A DNA stretch of 64,000 nt from positions 1-64,000 of the IMG/VR virus record IMGVR_UViG_3300026549_000045. One strand, written 5' to 3'. Below the pieces are notes generated by a model. It was not told the DNA's origin, ran no database searches, and was given only the letters and a program-made list of their open reading frames with translations. The position numbers and the translations under genes were made by a program. This document shows, piece after piece, positions 8,700 to 18,191 of this stretch. The first letter of the stretch is position 1. Every line of letters starts with the position of its first letter. Origin of the DNA: a virus (Duplodnaviria; Caudoviricetes).

Positions 8700-8731
8700 T
8701 TTGGAAAGTAACAAAAAAAGTAGTATCTTTG
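8700..8731 (+). promoter_or_regulatory. Promoter at the head of the early region
   Basis: TTTG...TATCTTTG. Confidence 0.75.
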
Positions 8732-8875
8732 CCAATGTCAGAACGACACAAGAACGGAAACAAACACTGACAAAGAGTTCTTTAACATACTGATACACCG
8801 CACCGCACAAACCGCAAATATCTTTGCAAGTTAGTGTGAAGAGCACGAAAATTCTACCACTTAGTAGTGGGCACG

Positions 8876-9354
8876 TGTGCCCAAATCAGAAAAGCAAGAG
8901 GTCGTGTTGATATAGAACTTTGCCTACATTGGTATGGTTTGTAAGGTAGTCCTGCATTGGTGGGTAGGTGTATGAGTTGAACAACGGCTGCAACCTATGG
9001 ATGTAGTGTATAGGTACGCAAATGCCCGTAAAACGGCTTAAGCGGTAAAACGCTATCGTGTACCCAGTGCTATATCTGGCGGACTAATAATGTGGTCGGT
9101 TACAAACGAAAGGGAAATGCTATATAGCCGTATGCTATACAGCCCTGCGCCTGATGGGGCATAACGGAACGTATTGGATAGTTCCGGAGTGGGCATACGT
9201 ACAAAGTGGATAGGCCCGGGTAGGAACTATAGACGCCAGTCTATAGGTAGGTTTGGAATGAACGACTACCGGATTTATCCGGCGGAAACTATAGGCCTAT
9301 AGAGAAAGTGAGCACCATCAGGTGCAGGGAGTTCGGCACTCCCCTATGGGCACA
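8876..9354 (+). ncRNA. Large structured non-coding element (~480 nt)
   Basis: ORF-free. Nested helices 8876-8883/9347-9354, 8937-8944/9100-9107, 8947-8952/9081-9086, 8954-8960/9064-9070 and 9143-9157/9315-9329, plus local hairpins. Confidence 0.6.
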
Positions 9355-9392
9355 ATGATAGCAATGTCGCTATCAGGTAAAATCTTACAATT

Positions 9393-10022
9393 ATGGCAAA
9401 CAAGAAGAACGTTCCCGCACAGAACACAAACAGTGCAGAGTTATCAGTGAATTTCGACCTGTCGTTTACCGCTTTCAAGAAGGCACTCGGCGCAGTGTTT
9501 AACGAGACTTGCAAGTTCAAGCAGGCTTGCCGTGTGTTCGACGGCATGGGTGCTTTCCCCGTACCTACCGGTAAGAACTCCACTATCCGCTTCGACCAGC
9601 TTGTCGGCACTATCGGTGTGCAGTTCAAGGGCGGACGACTTGACCCCGAAAGTCTGAAGAGTGCATGGAAAGTCATGACCGCTGACAACTACATGGCTCT
9701 CTATAAGAGCGTACCAGGCTACGAGGCCGTAGAGGGCGATGAGGAGAAGTCACGCAAGGTCTATGTGTGGAATGAGGAGAAGTCGCAGTATGACGGCGTA
9801 TCAGTGACCCGCATCGTGGCCGTGGAGAAGTGGAACGCAAGCCTTATCCTTGAGGGTATCTTGCAGAGTGCTTTCACAGCCCGCTATATCGACGAGGCAG
9901 CTAAGAGTCAGAAAGCATGGGACGAGTTCGAGGGCGAACTCTATGTCTTCGACAAGGTGCAGGACAAGGACGGCATCACTAACAAGCGCCACATCATCCG
10001 CAAGACACAGGTGGAGTTCTAA
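9393..10022 (+). CDS. Hypothetical protein, first gene of the early region
   Basis: 209-aa ORF with A-rich start context. Confidence 0.8.
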   Translation: MANKKNVPAQNTNSAELSVNFDLSFTAFKKALGAVFNETCKFKQACRVFDGMGAFPVPTGKNSTIRFDQLVGTIGVQFKGGRLDPESLKSAWKVMTADNYMALYKSVPGYEAVEGDEEKSRKVYVWNEEKSQYDGVSVTRIVAVEKWNASLILEGILQSAFTARYIDEAAKSQKAWDEFEGELYVFDKVQDKDGITNKRHIIRKTQVEF

Positions 10023-10137
10023 GGAACTCCCACCTATCCCCATCGGAGCCTGACATAGAGTGGAAACATGGCTATGGCGGTGGACTTGTCGGTGTCCACC
10101 CAGGCACAAAGTATAACATCATAACATCGTGAAGACT

Positions 10138-10560
10138 ATGAGCGAAAGAACGACAGCGCAGATCTGCGCCCGCATGAGAGAAATCAGCGCAAGCAGAACG
10201 TTCCACCATCAGCGCAAGCAAAGGGTGGAGAAGTGTGAAACTATCTATGAGCAGACTATGGTGGTCAAGGGTGGGCGCAAACCCAAGCACTTTATGACCT
10301 CCAAGCAGCTTATCGAAGCCTATGAGCAGGTGGAGTGGGAGACAGAGAACCGCCACCAGATGTTCGAGGCTGGCAAGGGTACACGCTTCACTAAGCGCAC
10401 TCATGTGAACAACGGAGCCCACTATACGAAGAGTGGTGGAGTGACTACGACCAAGCGACCTACCGCTCAGGGCGAGGTGTGCAGCGTGGGACGTGTTATC
10501 ACGGTCAAGCGTTTCAGCAACAGTCGCCTGACGTGTGTATGCAAGAGCATCATGTATTAA
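10138..10560 (+). CDS. Hypothetical basic protein
   Basis: ORF. Confidence 0.65.
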   Translation: MSERTTAQICARMREISASRTFHHQRKQRVEKCETIYEQTMVVKGGRKPKHFMTSKQLIEAYEQVEWETENRHQMFEAGKGTRFTKRTHVNNGAHYTKSGGVTTTKRPTAQGEVCSVGRVITVKRFSNSRLTCVCKSIMY

Positions 10561-10724
10561 GCAACAACTAACCGGCACTATCAGTGACGGCTGAGAGCAC
10601 AGATATAGCCAGACACTTGAAAGCTCACCTCTATAGGACTAAGGCGAGGTGGTAAGCGGAACGTGCAGCGCGAGGATCGAGACGCTATCAGCAGGAAGCA
10701 GTGTGCCATAAAAGCAATAATCGT

Positions 10725-11135
10725 ATGAAGAACGTGAGATTTATCGCAGGCATCGTCCTGCTAAGTATCGGCGGCTGTGCAGTAGCTATGGCTGCTGGTG
10801 GTGCTAACGACGTGAACGTGACCTTTGGTCAGGCTCTGACTATGGTGGGTGGCGCGGCAGCTGCTATCGTTGGCAGCGCGTGGGTGCAAGGACTGACAGT
10901 GCGCCAGTTCATCGGACGCATACTCTCTGAGGAGCATGAGCCATCGAAGCACGAGACTATCAAGCATCGTATGGGTAGGCGGAACTATGGGCAGGCAGCC
11001 GTATTCATCGGAACGGCTTGCCTCTATATGGGCACACCGCAGCAATGTGACGAACTGTGCGATGACCTGTGGCATCATGGGCAGCAGGCACACGTACAGG
11101 TGCTGGACGGTAACGAGACATTCGACATTCTATAA
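10725..11135 (+). CDS. Hypothetical membrane protein
   Basis: Two N-terminal hydrophobic segments. Confidence 0.65.
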   Translation: MKNVRFIAGIVLLSIGGCAVAMAAGGANDVNVTFGQALTMVGGAAAAIVGSAWVQGLTVRQFIGRILSEEHEPSKHETIKHRMGRRNYGQAAVFIGTACLYMGTPQQCDELCDDLWHHGQQAHVQVLDGNETFDIL

Positions 11136-11156
11136 ATCAAATCAAATCTTACAATT

Positions 11157-11360
11157 ATGGCAACAAAGAGACAACAGGCGATGATTATCGCTATGGCCGC
11201 TATGGTCGGCACAAGTACGGACATCATCGACCGCAACGCAGCAGCCGCTGCCTTGCGAGACATGAGAAGTGACATCGGTCACGACAAGACCTGCAGCATA
11301 CAGGAAGACCCCTTCGACTTTTCCTATACGTGGGATCCTACGGACGGGGATGTTGCATAA
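11157..11360 (+). CDS. Hypothetical protein
   Basis: Start context AAATCTTACAATTATGGCAA is identical to that of the 9393 gene. Confidence 0.7.
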   Translation: MATKRQQAMIIAMAAMVGTSTDIIDRNAAAAALRDMRSDIGHDKTCSIQEDPFDFSYTWDPTDGDVA

Positions 11361-11380
11361 ACTATCGGGAGGACTGAACA

Positions 11381-11704
11381 ATGAAGAAGATTGAAGTATT
11401 GGAGTGGGGGTTGCAGCATATTGCAGCCAACTATAAGATGGGTGCAAGTACCGAGGATTTGCAGAGCGAGGCAGAGGGTTGCATCTATGTGACCGAAGAG
11501 CATCCAGACGTATCGCCCGCACCTGTGAACGACGTGCAGATGCTATGCGACGACCTGGGCATAGATCGTGCCTATATGAAGACTTCGGAGTTCGGCATCG
11601 AGGTTACGCTGGATTGGCAGTGGTCTGAGACTATCGGACAGGAAGAGTACACCCATACTGGGCATGAGATGTGGAAGCGCTTCGGCGTGGAGATTGGTTC
11701 TTAA
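11381..11704 (+). CDS. Hypothetical protein
   Basis: Packed ORF. Confidence 0.7.
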   Translation: MKKIEVLEWGLQHIAANYKMGASTEDLQSEAEGCIYVTEEHPDVSPAPVNDVQMLCDDLGIDRAYMKTSEFGIEVTLDWQWSETIGQEEYTHTGHEMWKRFGVEIGS

Positions 11705-11716
11705 TCGGCTATGACT

Positions 11717-12259
11717 ATGGCAACGAAGAAGCAGGCGGGGACTGAGCGCCCCTATACGTGGTACGAGTTCCTGAGCATCATCAGGAACATCGTGGAAGAA
11801 CAGAAGATTGTGATGCACGACGAGTTGGACTACTTTAATGCTAATTGGGAGCAGCAGGATAAGCCTATCGACATAGGTGTTTGGGACTGGCACCTTACCA
11901 CGAAGACGGACTTCGGTGGTTGTGAGGGTGTCTATACGGACTTCTATGCTCATGTGGACTACAACGACGTGCGCCATGTGTTTACAGCTAAAACGCTGGA
12001 CGGCAGCCGTGAGGCATACGTGAAGATGCACGAGTTTGCAGCCCGTGTGTGCCTGGTGGTACGTGACTATGTGAAGGAGCATGAGGACGAGTTCAACTGG
12101 ACTGGCTTTGATGTGGGCTATTACAAGGACGGGGAACGTGTGACCTATATGCTGGCCCACAAGCACGAGAACGCTATGAAGTATGCCTTGGAACTGAAGC
12201 AGAAAGACGAAAGGGCATGGATACGTGACAATGCAGAACGAAAGTATGAGGAGGTATGA
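11717..12259 (+). CDS. Hypothetical protein
   Basis: Packed ORF. Confidence 0.75.
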   Translation: MATKKQAGTERPYTWYEFLSIIRNIVEEQKIVMHDELDYFNANWEQQDKPIDIGVWDWHLTTKTDFGGCEGVYTDFYAHVDYNDVRHVFTAKTLDGSREAYVKMHEFAARVCLVVRDYVKEHEDEFNWTGFDVGYYKDGERVTYMLAHKHENAMKYALELKQKDERAWIRDNAERKYEEV

Positions 12260-12519
12260 AAAAAAGAATTTATCCCTACATGGCGGCTATGATGCTGGCT
12301 ATGGCGAGCGACCCGTATTTCTCTTTGGGACGCTCTAAGCGAACTATGAGCGAGGCAGAGCGCAAGCGTTACGAAGAGTATAAGCGCGAACGTGCTCACC
12401 GACTGAATCCTGTGGATATGTCGGAGCATGAGTTTATTATCAAGGGTGAGCGTATCATGGCGCATGACAAAAAGACCGCCAAGAAAATCTATGCTCGCCG
12501 ACATAGTGGTAAGAAGTGA
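12256..12519 (+). CDS. Hypothetical protein
   Basis: ATGA overlap with the previous gene. Confidence 0.7.
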   Translation: MKKRIYPYMAAMMLAMASDPYFSLGRSKRTMSEAERKRYEEYKRERAHRLNPVDMSEHEFIIKGERIMAHDKKTAKKIYARRHSGKK

Positions 12520-12549
12520 AACATTAACAACTTAAAACAACGTGGAATT

Positions 12550-12672
12550 ATGAAAGCAAGAACTATTAGCATGAAGAAAGTGCGCAAGGCCGTCAAGGTG
12601 GCCTATGGCGTGAGTGACAACGATGCTCGCGAAATGGCGGGTATGTTTATCAACATGAGAAAAGCAGCATAA
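12550..12672 (+). CDS. 40-aa small protein ending in -RKAA (not in the ORF track)
   Basis: MKARTISMKKVRKAVKVAYGVSDNDAREMAGMFINMRKAA; fills an intergenic gap. Confidence 0.6.
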   Translation: MKARTISMKKVRKAVKVAYGVSDNDAREMAGMFINMRKAA

Positions 12673-12704
12673 GTATTAACAGTCAAAATTCGGAGGACGA
12701 AAGT

Positions 12705-13631
12705 ATGACACAGAATTTACAGGGTGCCGACCTTATCGGCAAGACGATTGTAGTGAATGGCGGAAACGTCAAGTATGTAATCAAGTCAGTGGACGGCGAC
12801 AAGCTGATGACCGACTTCATCATGGGCGACCGCACTATGCCCTGCCCAGTGCCTATGAACCAGGTGGAGAGCATGGTGGAAGCAGGTAAGTGGACTATCG
12901 AGGGGAGTGAAGAGCCTACGGCTACCGAGACCAAGGCAGAGGACGTGAAGCCTGAAGCTACCGCTACCGAGGAAGCTACCGCCGAGGAGCCTACCGCAAC
13001 TGAGGAGGTGGAAGAGGTTATCGACGAGCCAGAGCCTGCGCCTGCTCAGACCGTCAAGATGAAGACGGAGATGCCGAAGGACAAGGCGGAGGAAAAGGCG
13101 ACGAAGAGCAAGCCGCAGAAGCCGCAGACCAAGGCGAAGTCAGACACCAGCCATCAGCACTCAGCCCTCAAGTATGAGACCTATACCACAAAGAAGGGCA
13201 AGACGGGTGCGAAGATCGTTGGCTTCAACGAGACGGATGCTGCCTATCTGGCTGGTCCCGAGCTGCACGGCTCTAAGGCGTGGGAAAACGACAAGCAGGG
13301 CAACAAGACGTTCTGCCTGCTGTTCAGCCATCGCTATGCCAAGGCTGCAGAGGACGTATGCAAGGCACTGAACGCTGGTAAGAGCGTGGCAGACTGCCAG
13401 GCTATCATTGACGGATGCACCGAGGAGCGTGCCCAGCGTCGCGAGGAATGGCGAGCAAGACGTGACGCACGCGACAATGCCGCTACCACCGAGGGCGAGG
13501 CTACCGCCAAGACTGAGAAGCTCTATACCGAGGCAGAGGTGCGCAAGGCGTTCGCTACACTGGCCGAGGCAAGCGGTGTGGACGTGAAAGAGTTTGAGCC
13601 TATCATCGAGGCTATGCGGGCAGCTGCATAG
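12705..13631 (+). CDS. Hypothetical protein with acidic, Thr/Ala-rich linker
   Basis: 308-aa ORF with EEPTATE repeats; ends -RAAA. Confidence 0.8.
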   Translation: MTQNLQGADLIGKTIVVNGGNVKYVIKSVDGDKLMTDFIMGDRTMPCPVPMNQVESMVEAGKWTIEGSEEPTATETKAEDVKPEATATEEATAEEPTATEEVEEVIDEPEPAPAQTVKMKTEMPKDKAEEKATKSKPQKPQTKAKSDTSHQHSALKYETYTTKKGKTGAKIVGFNETDAAYLAGPELHGSKAWENDKQGNKTFCLLFSHRYAKAAEDVCKALNAGKSVADCQAIIDGCTEERAQRREEWRARRDARDNAATTEGEATAKTEKLYTEAEVRKAFATLAEASGVDVKEFEPIIEAMRAAA

Positions 13632-13650
13632 CTATAACGACCACGGATTG

Positions 13651-13698
13651 CACGGATGACACGGATTGATATCTGTGTTGTCTGTGCTATCTGTGTGA
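13651..13698. repeat. REP-like inverted array of 9-bp CACRGAT units
   Basis: CCACGGATTGCACGGATGACACGGAT followed by ATCTGTGTTGTCTGTGCTATCTGTG; related copies near 6688, 7464, 14186 and 22053. Confidence 0.7.
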
Positions 13699-13737
13699 CA
13701 ACTAAGCAGAATTACAAACATCAAAAATCTTACGATT

Positions 13738-14184
13738 ATGGGACTGGATTTAAGTGCTATCAGAGCAGCTGCTGCAAAGATGAAGCAGGAGCAGGAACAG
13801 CCAAAGACGAACACGAATAGCACGAATAACACGAATAGTGCTAAAACAAAGGCTGAGCCTAAAGCTAAGGCTGCGCCTAAGAGTGCGCCGAAGACGGACA
13901 GCCCGAAGACTAAGGGCGGTGCGAAGTACGTTATCCCTGCCGAGTTCAAGCAGGCTATCGAAGACCACTTGAAGTCGAGGGCAGACATGAAGGAGAAACT
14001 ATCGAAGAAAGGCAAGTCGATTGACGGCTGCTGTGACTATATATTCGACGTGATGCGCAAGCGGGCTGAAAAGGAGCGCGGCGGCAAGAGCGCCGTGGGC
14101 CTCTATGCCAACCCTGACGAAATCTTCGGTCTGGCTTGTCACTACTATGACGAGACGGACGAAGCACTGAAAGCGGAGAAGTAA
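13738..14184 (+). CDS. PcfK-like (AcrIIA9-related family) protein
   Basis: FKQAIEDHL..KSIDGCCDYI..DEIFGLACHYYDE, immediately upstream of a PcfJ-like gene. Confidence 0.8.
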   Translation: MGLDLSAIRAAAAKMKQEQEQPKTNTNSTNNTNSAKTKAEPKAKAAPKSAPKTDSPKTKGGAKYVIPAEFKQAIEDHLKSRADMKEKLSKKGKSIDGCCDYIFDVMRKRAEKERGGKSAVGLYANPDEIFGLACHYYDETDEALKAEK

Positions 14185-14217
14185 ACCACAGATTTCACAG
14201 ATTAAACGGATTTGATT

Positions 14218-15534
14218 ATGGCAAACGTATCTTTTGAACAGCGTTGCATCGCTATCAACAACACGCTAAAAGGACTGCCTAAAGGGCGGACGGAGAAGGC
14301 CATATACCACCATGTGTTTGAGCCTGGACTTATCACCCGTATGTATCGCCGTCGCAAGGTGTTCTATTGCAGCGAGTGTGGCAGCGAAATCGGCGTATTG
14401 ACGCAAAAGGTGTGTCCTGTGTGTCATGCCAAGTGGAAGTCAGAGACTACCGAGGACAGAAAAGGAACAGAGCGTTACTACCACATGGAACTGGAAGCCA
14501 AGGGCGATATCCAGCTATGCCGCATCTACAGGGTGGAGCGTCACACATGGTATGGCAAGGCGGCCAGCATCAATGTGTGGGAAGTGGAGCGCATCATGTA
14601 TGCACCGACTGGCGAGCGCAGGGTGTTCTCACGTGGCATACAATGTATGTCGTGGTACTATGACGCTTTCTGCTATGGCCCTATCAAGTTGAAGCGTGAG
14701 TATCGGAACATGGGCAACAGTGCTGAACTGCGTTATAATCTTGACATGAGCAGCTGGCACATAAGGAGCCTGACGGAGCAATGGCGCTATAAGGACGTTC
14801 ACTCGCTGCTGAACCTCTTTCATGGCGACAGCAGTGTACTGCGTGTGATAGCCTATCCGTATGCCGAGACTATGCTAAAGACGGGACAGGAGAAGTTGTT
14901 TAAGTATCTGGTCAACGAGATACGGCTATTGCCCAGAGGTGCTGAGCACGCCATCAACATCTGCACCCGTAACCACTACAAGATTAACGACCCGTCGATG
15001 TGGCTCGACCATTTGGAGATGTTGTGCTATCTGCGACTCGACACGCACAATGCCCACTATGTATGCCCTGATGATCTGAGCAAGGCGCACAGTGAGTTGC
15101 TGGTGCGTAAGCGCAAGGTGGACGAGAAACGCAGGGCAGAACGAGAACTGAGGGCAAACCAACGGAAACTGAAGCGTATGGAGAAAGAGAAGCAAAGCTA
15201 TGCAGAGCGTTGGGGGAAAGCCCTGGAGATTTCACTAAAGGGCAAGAACCTGAGTGTAAGACCCCTGCAGTCGGTGGACGAGTTTGCAGCAGAGGGTGCA
15301 GCCATGCACCATTGTGTATTTGCCAACGAATACTACAAGAAGCCGAACATGATACTGTCTGCCAAGGATGGCGACGGCAACCGACTGGCGACTATCGAGT
15401 ATAATATCCGCAAGGGTACGATTGTACAATGCCGTGCGGCCTGCAATCAGGTGCCAGCACGTGACGCTGAAATCCGACGGCTGATAACAAGACATCGGAA
15501 CGACTTCCAGCGGCTGCTAAAGGCCGCAGCCTAA
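14218..15534 (+). CDS. PcfJ-like protein
   Basis: CSECG/CPVC Zn motif; WLDHLEML, CPDDLSKAH, EGAAMHHCVF, LATIE, VQCR. Confidence 0.85.
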   Translation: MANVSFEQRCIAINNTLKGLPKGRTEKAIYHHVFEPGLITRMYRRRKVFYCSECGSEIGVLTQKVCPVCHAKWKSETTEDRKGTERYYHMELEAKGDIQLCRIYRVERHTWYGKAASINVWEVERIMYAPTGERRVFSRGIQCMSWYYDAFCYGPIKLKREYRNMGNSAELRYNLDMSSWHIRSLTEQWRYKDVHSLLNLFHGDSSVLRVIAYPYAETMLKTGQEKLFKYLVNEIRLLPRGAEHAINICTRNHYKINDPSMWLDHLEMLCYLRLDTHNAHYVCPDDLSKAHSELLVRKRKVDEKRRAERELRANQRKLKRMEKEKQSYAERWGKALEISLKGKNLSVRPLQSVDEFAAEGAAMHHCVFANEYYKKPNMILSAKDGDGNRLATIEYNIRKGTIVQCRAACNQVPARDAEIRRLITRHRNDFQRLLKAAA

Positions 15535-15557
15535 TTGATAATTGATAATTGACAATT
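15533..15557 (+). repeat. 7-bp tandem repeat AATTGAY
   Basis: AATTGATAATTGATAATTGACAATT. Confidence 0.8.
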
Positions 15558-15572
15558 AAAACCGTTACAACA

Positions 15573-16619
15573 ATGGCAAAGAAACAATTTACTATGAACG
15601 ACTCGCAGAAGGAGAAGTATGCGGAGTTGTTCGAGGCTGAACTGAACGCTATGGAGCGTAGCGACTGGACGCAACCGTGGGTGTCGCCCAATATGGGTGC
15701 GCCGTGTAACCTGTACCGCCGCCGTCATCCCTATCAGAAGAGCAACGCTTTCTGGCTGGCTATGCTGATGCAGGTGAAGGGCTGGAGCACGCCCTACTTC
15801 CTGACGAAGACGGACTTGGTGAACGAGGACGGCAGCCGCAAGTATGACGGTCTGCAGGCTAACTGCACGATGGTGACTGACGAGAACGGTATGCCGAAGT
15901 TCGACGACAACGGCTGTCCAGTGATGGAGTACGAACGGAGATTCCCCGTATTCTTCTACAAGCCTATCTACAAGGACAAGGACGGTAACACCGTGAGTGA
16001 AGAGGACTATCGGGCCATGAGCGACGAGGAACGTCAGGAGTTGAAGGTGTTCTTCTACCGCACTCACTACCTGGTGTACAATCTGGACCAGACGAACTTC
16101 AAGGAACTCTATGCCGACGACTACGAGGCAATGGTGGCGGTGCCTGAGCACGACTACCAGACAGGCCAGCGTGACGAGGTGCTGGAGCGGATGATCGCTG
16201 GCGAGTGGATTTGTCCTATCCACTTTGGCGGTCACTCGGCTCACTACAGTCCTATGGAGCACCATATCCGACTGCCGGAGCGTTCGCAGTTCCTGGGCGA
16301 CGCGAAGTTCTATGCGGTGGCTCTGCATGAGATGGCGCACTCTACGAAGAAAGACCTGCGCCGTGAACTGGACGAGCCGTATGAGGAGTTCGTGGCAGAG
16401 CTGACGGCAGCGTGTGTATGCAGCCGTCTTGGTGTCGGCAAGTTGCTGGACGAGCAGCATATTGCCTATGTGGCCTCGTGGCGCAAGGCTCTCCGCGACG
16501 ACAAGGACTTCATCCCTCGCGTCATCGACCATGTGCAAATGGCCTCTAACTTCATCTTCAACCGCTACGATGCCGTGGCGAAGAAGATGGAAGGTCCGAA
16601 GCTGCTGCAAGCAGCGTAA
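15573..16619 (+). CDS. ArdC-like antirestriction protein (ssDNA-binding domain + zincin-like metallopeptidase)
   Basis: WTQPW..PCN..Y..SN, YLVYNLDQT, AHYSP..HIRLPERSQF, HEMAHST, YEEFVAEL, AYVASW. Confidence 0.85.
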   Translation: MAKKQFTMNDSQKEKYAELFEAELNAMERSDWTQPWVSPNMGAPCNLYRRRHPYQKSNAFWLAMLMQVKGWSTPYFLTKTDLVNEDGSRKYDGLQANCTMVTDENGMPKFDDNGCPVMEYERRFPVFFYKPIYKDKDGNTVSEEDYRAMSDEERQELKVFFYRTHYLVYNLDQTNFKELYADDYEAMVAVPEHDYQTGQRDEVLERMIAGEWICPIHFGGHSAHYSPMEHHIRLPERSQFLGDAKFYAVALHEMAHSTKKDLRRELDEPYEEFVAELTAACVCSRLGVGKLLDEQHIAYVASWRKALRDDKDFIPRVIDHVQMASNFIFNRYDAVAKKMEGPKLLQAA

Positions 16620-16677
16620 CACTATCGAGGGGTCGTCGCCTGACGGCTCCTCAAAATCTATCAAAAATAATCCGATT

Positions 16678-16935
16678 ATGAATGCGAAAGAACGCTATTG
16701 GATGACGAACCTGCTGCACGCCAAGGTAAAGAAGCATGGCAGGGAGTTTAACGTATTCCATAACCAGCACGACAAGGAGATGCACGTTTTGGAAACGGGA
16801 GTGAGAAAGACTATTGGTCGCCGCGAGTTCCGCAAGTGGATTAAACAACAGGGCGGCATCTGTCTCAAACCTCTGAAGACCGGCGAGTATATCGACGTGA
16901 ACGGAGAGCGACAGAAACTTTGGGGTATTGAATAA
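16678..16935 (+). CDS. Hypothetical protein
   Basis: ATG after a hairpin at 16627-16652. Confidence 0.65.
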   Translation: MNAKERYWMTNLLHAKVKKHGREFNVFHNQHDKEMHVLETGVRKTIGRREFRKWIKQQGGICLKPLKTGEYIDVNGERQKLWGIE

Positions 16936-16955
16936 ACTTAAAATGACATACGGCA

Positions 16956-17177
16956 ATGGCAAAACAAGAAAAAGAATTCTTCCCTATTACGAGTGTAAGC
17001 AGGGATGATTTAGAAGAAAGAGGCTTCGATACAAGTGAGGTGGACGATGACACTATGGAACGTCTTGCCTCGAAGATGAGCGATGACTACTGCGAACAGA
17101 TGTTCTGGACATCTATGGAGATTATTGCTGAGATTATGGGTATTCCCAAGAGAGAAAAGAAGGAGGACGAAGAATGA
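16956..17177 (+). CDS. Hypothetical acidic small protein
   Basis: Packed ORF. Confidence 0.7.
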   Translation: MAKQEKEFFPITSVSRDDLEERGFDTSEVDDDTMERLASKMSDDYCEQMFWTSMEIIAEIMGIPKREKKEDEE

Positions 17178-17815
17178 ATTATTATGTGATTGACGATGTG
17201 AAGACCAAGGTGTATAGCATCTTCGGGTCTTCGTATAAGAAGGTCCCTAACACTCCCGCTATTGTGGCCGTGAGCGACTACAACAAGAAGAATATTGAGA
17301 AAGGCTGTGAATTTACGACCGACGGCATTGTCTATGCAGACGGCACTTTCTGCTTCGGGCCGAGTAAGAGGATTGTTTCCTACGGTTCATGGAGAGAGGC
17401 AACACCTGAAGAGGTGCAACGGATGACCGACTGTGCGGCAAGTGTGAACCTGGCCTATATGACACTGGAGCAGGAGCACAAGAATATCTGGACTAAGCAG
17501 ACGTGGACTAAGACCTACGAGGCTCTGGCCTACATCTCAACGGAAGCTATGCGCTTCCGCTTGAATGGTGAGATTGTCGGCTGGAAAGAGGTTGAAGCCT
17601 ACGAGCCTGCAGAGGGTATGCACTTCGCCTGGTACCACGACAACGGTTATAGTTATTTGGGCGTTGATCCTGCGAAGAAAGAAGACTGGATAGCTGCTGT
17701 ACGCAAAATCAAGAAAGTGTGGTATGGCAATTTGTACGGCATCGTGTATCTGGAGAATGGCGTTATCGACGTTCGCCAGTGCAGCAAGAGATATAGTGAA
17801 GTGAGTAACACATAA
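17174..17815 (+). CDS. Hypothetical protein
   Basis: ATGA overlap with the previous gene. Confidence 0.75.
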   Translation: MNYYVIDDVKTKVYSIFGSSYKKVPNTPAIVAVSDYNKKNIEKGCEFTTDGIVYADGTFCFGPSKRIVSYGSWREATPEEVQRMTDCAASVNLAYMTLEQEHKNIWTKQTWTKTYEALAYISTEAMRFRLNGEIVGWKEVEAYEPAEGMHFAWYHDNGYSYLGVDPAKKEDWIAAVRKIKKVWYGNLYGIVYLENGVIDVRQCSKRYSEVSNT

Positions 17816-17828
17816 ACGAGTAACGACT

Positions 17829-18188
17829 ATGGCAAGAGTTGTTTATATACTCGACGTAAAGAACGAGTGGTATGAGCCTGGCAGCGACGTGAAGAACAAC
17901 AGAAACTCGCTGGCCTATCGCATCTTCGAGTCTGAGGATGTGGCAAAGGGTTATATGGAGAAGGTGATTGCATCCGCCATGAGTGGTGACAGTGAACTGG
18001 AGCCTACCGTGACGGAGAAGCGCGACAAGAAGGGTATGCGGAGTATTGAGGTGGAGTTCCCCTGTGGCAAGGACATTATCGCAGGGACTGAAACCTATAC
18101 GACGATATCCCTGAGTAGGAGAACGGCGCAGGACGATGTGCCGGAGGATCCGTTTGAAGACATCATGAACGAGATTTATATCGGATAG
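17829..18188 (+). CDS. Hypothetical protein
   Basis: Packed ORF. Confidence 0.7.
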   Translation: MARVVYILDVKNEWYEPGSDVKNNRNSLAYRIFESEDVAKGYMEKVIASAMSGDSELEPTVTEKRDKKGMRSIEVEFPCGKDIIAGTETYTTISLSRRTAQDDVPEDPFEDIMNEIYIG

Positions 18189-18191
18189 ACT

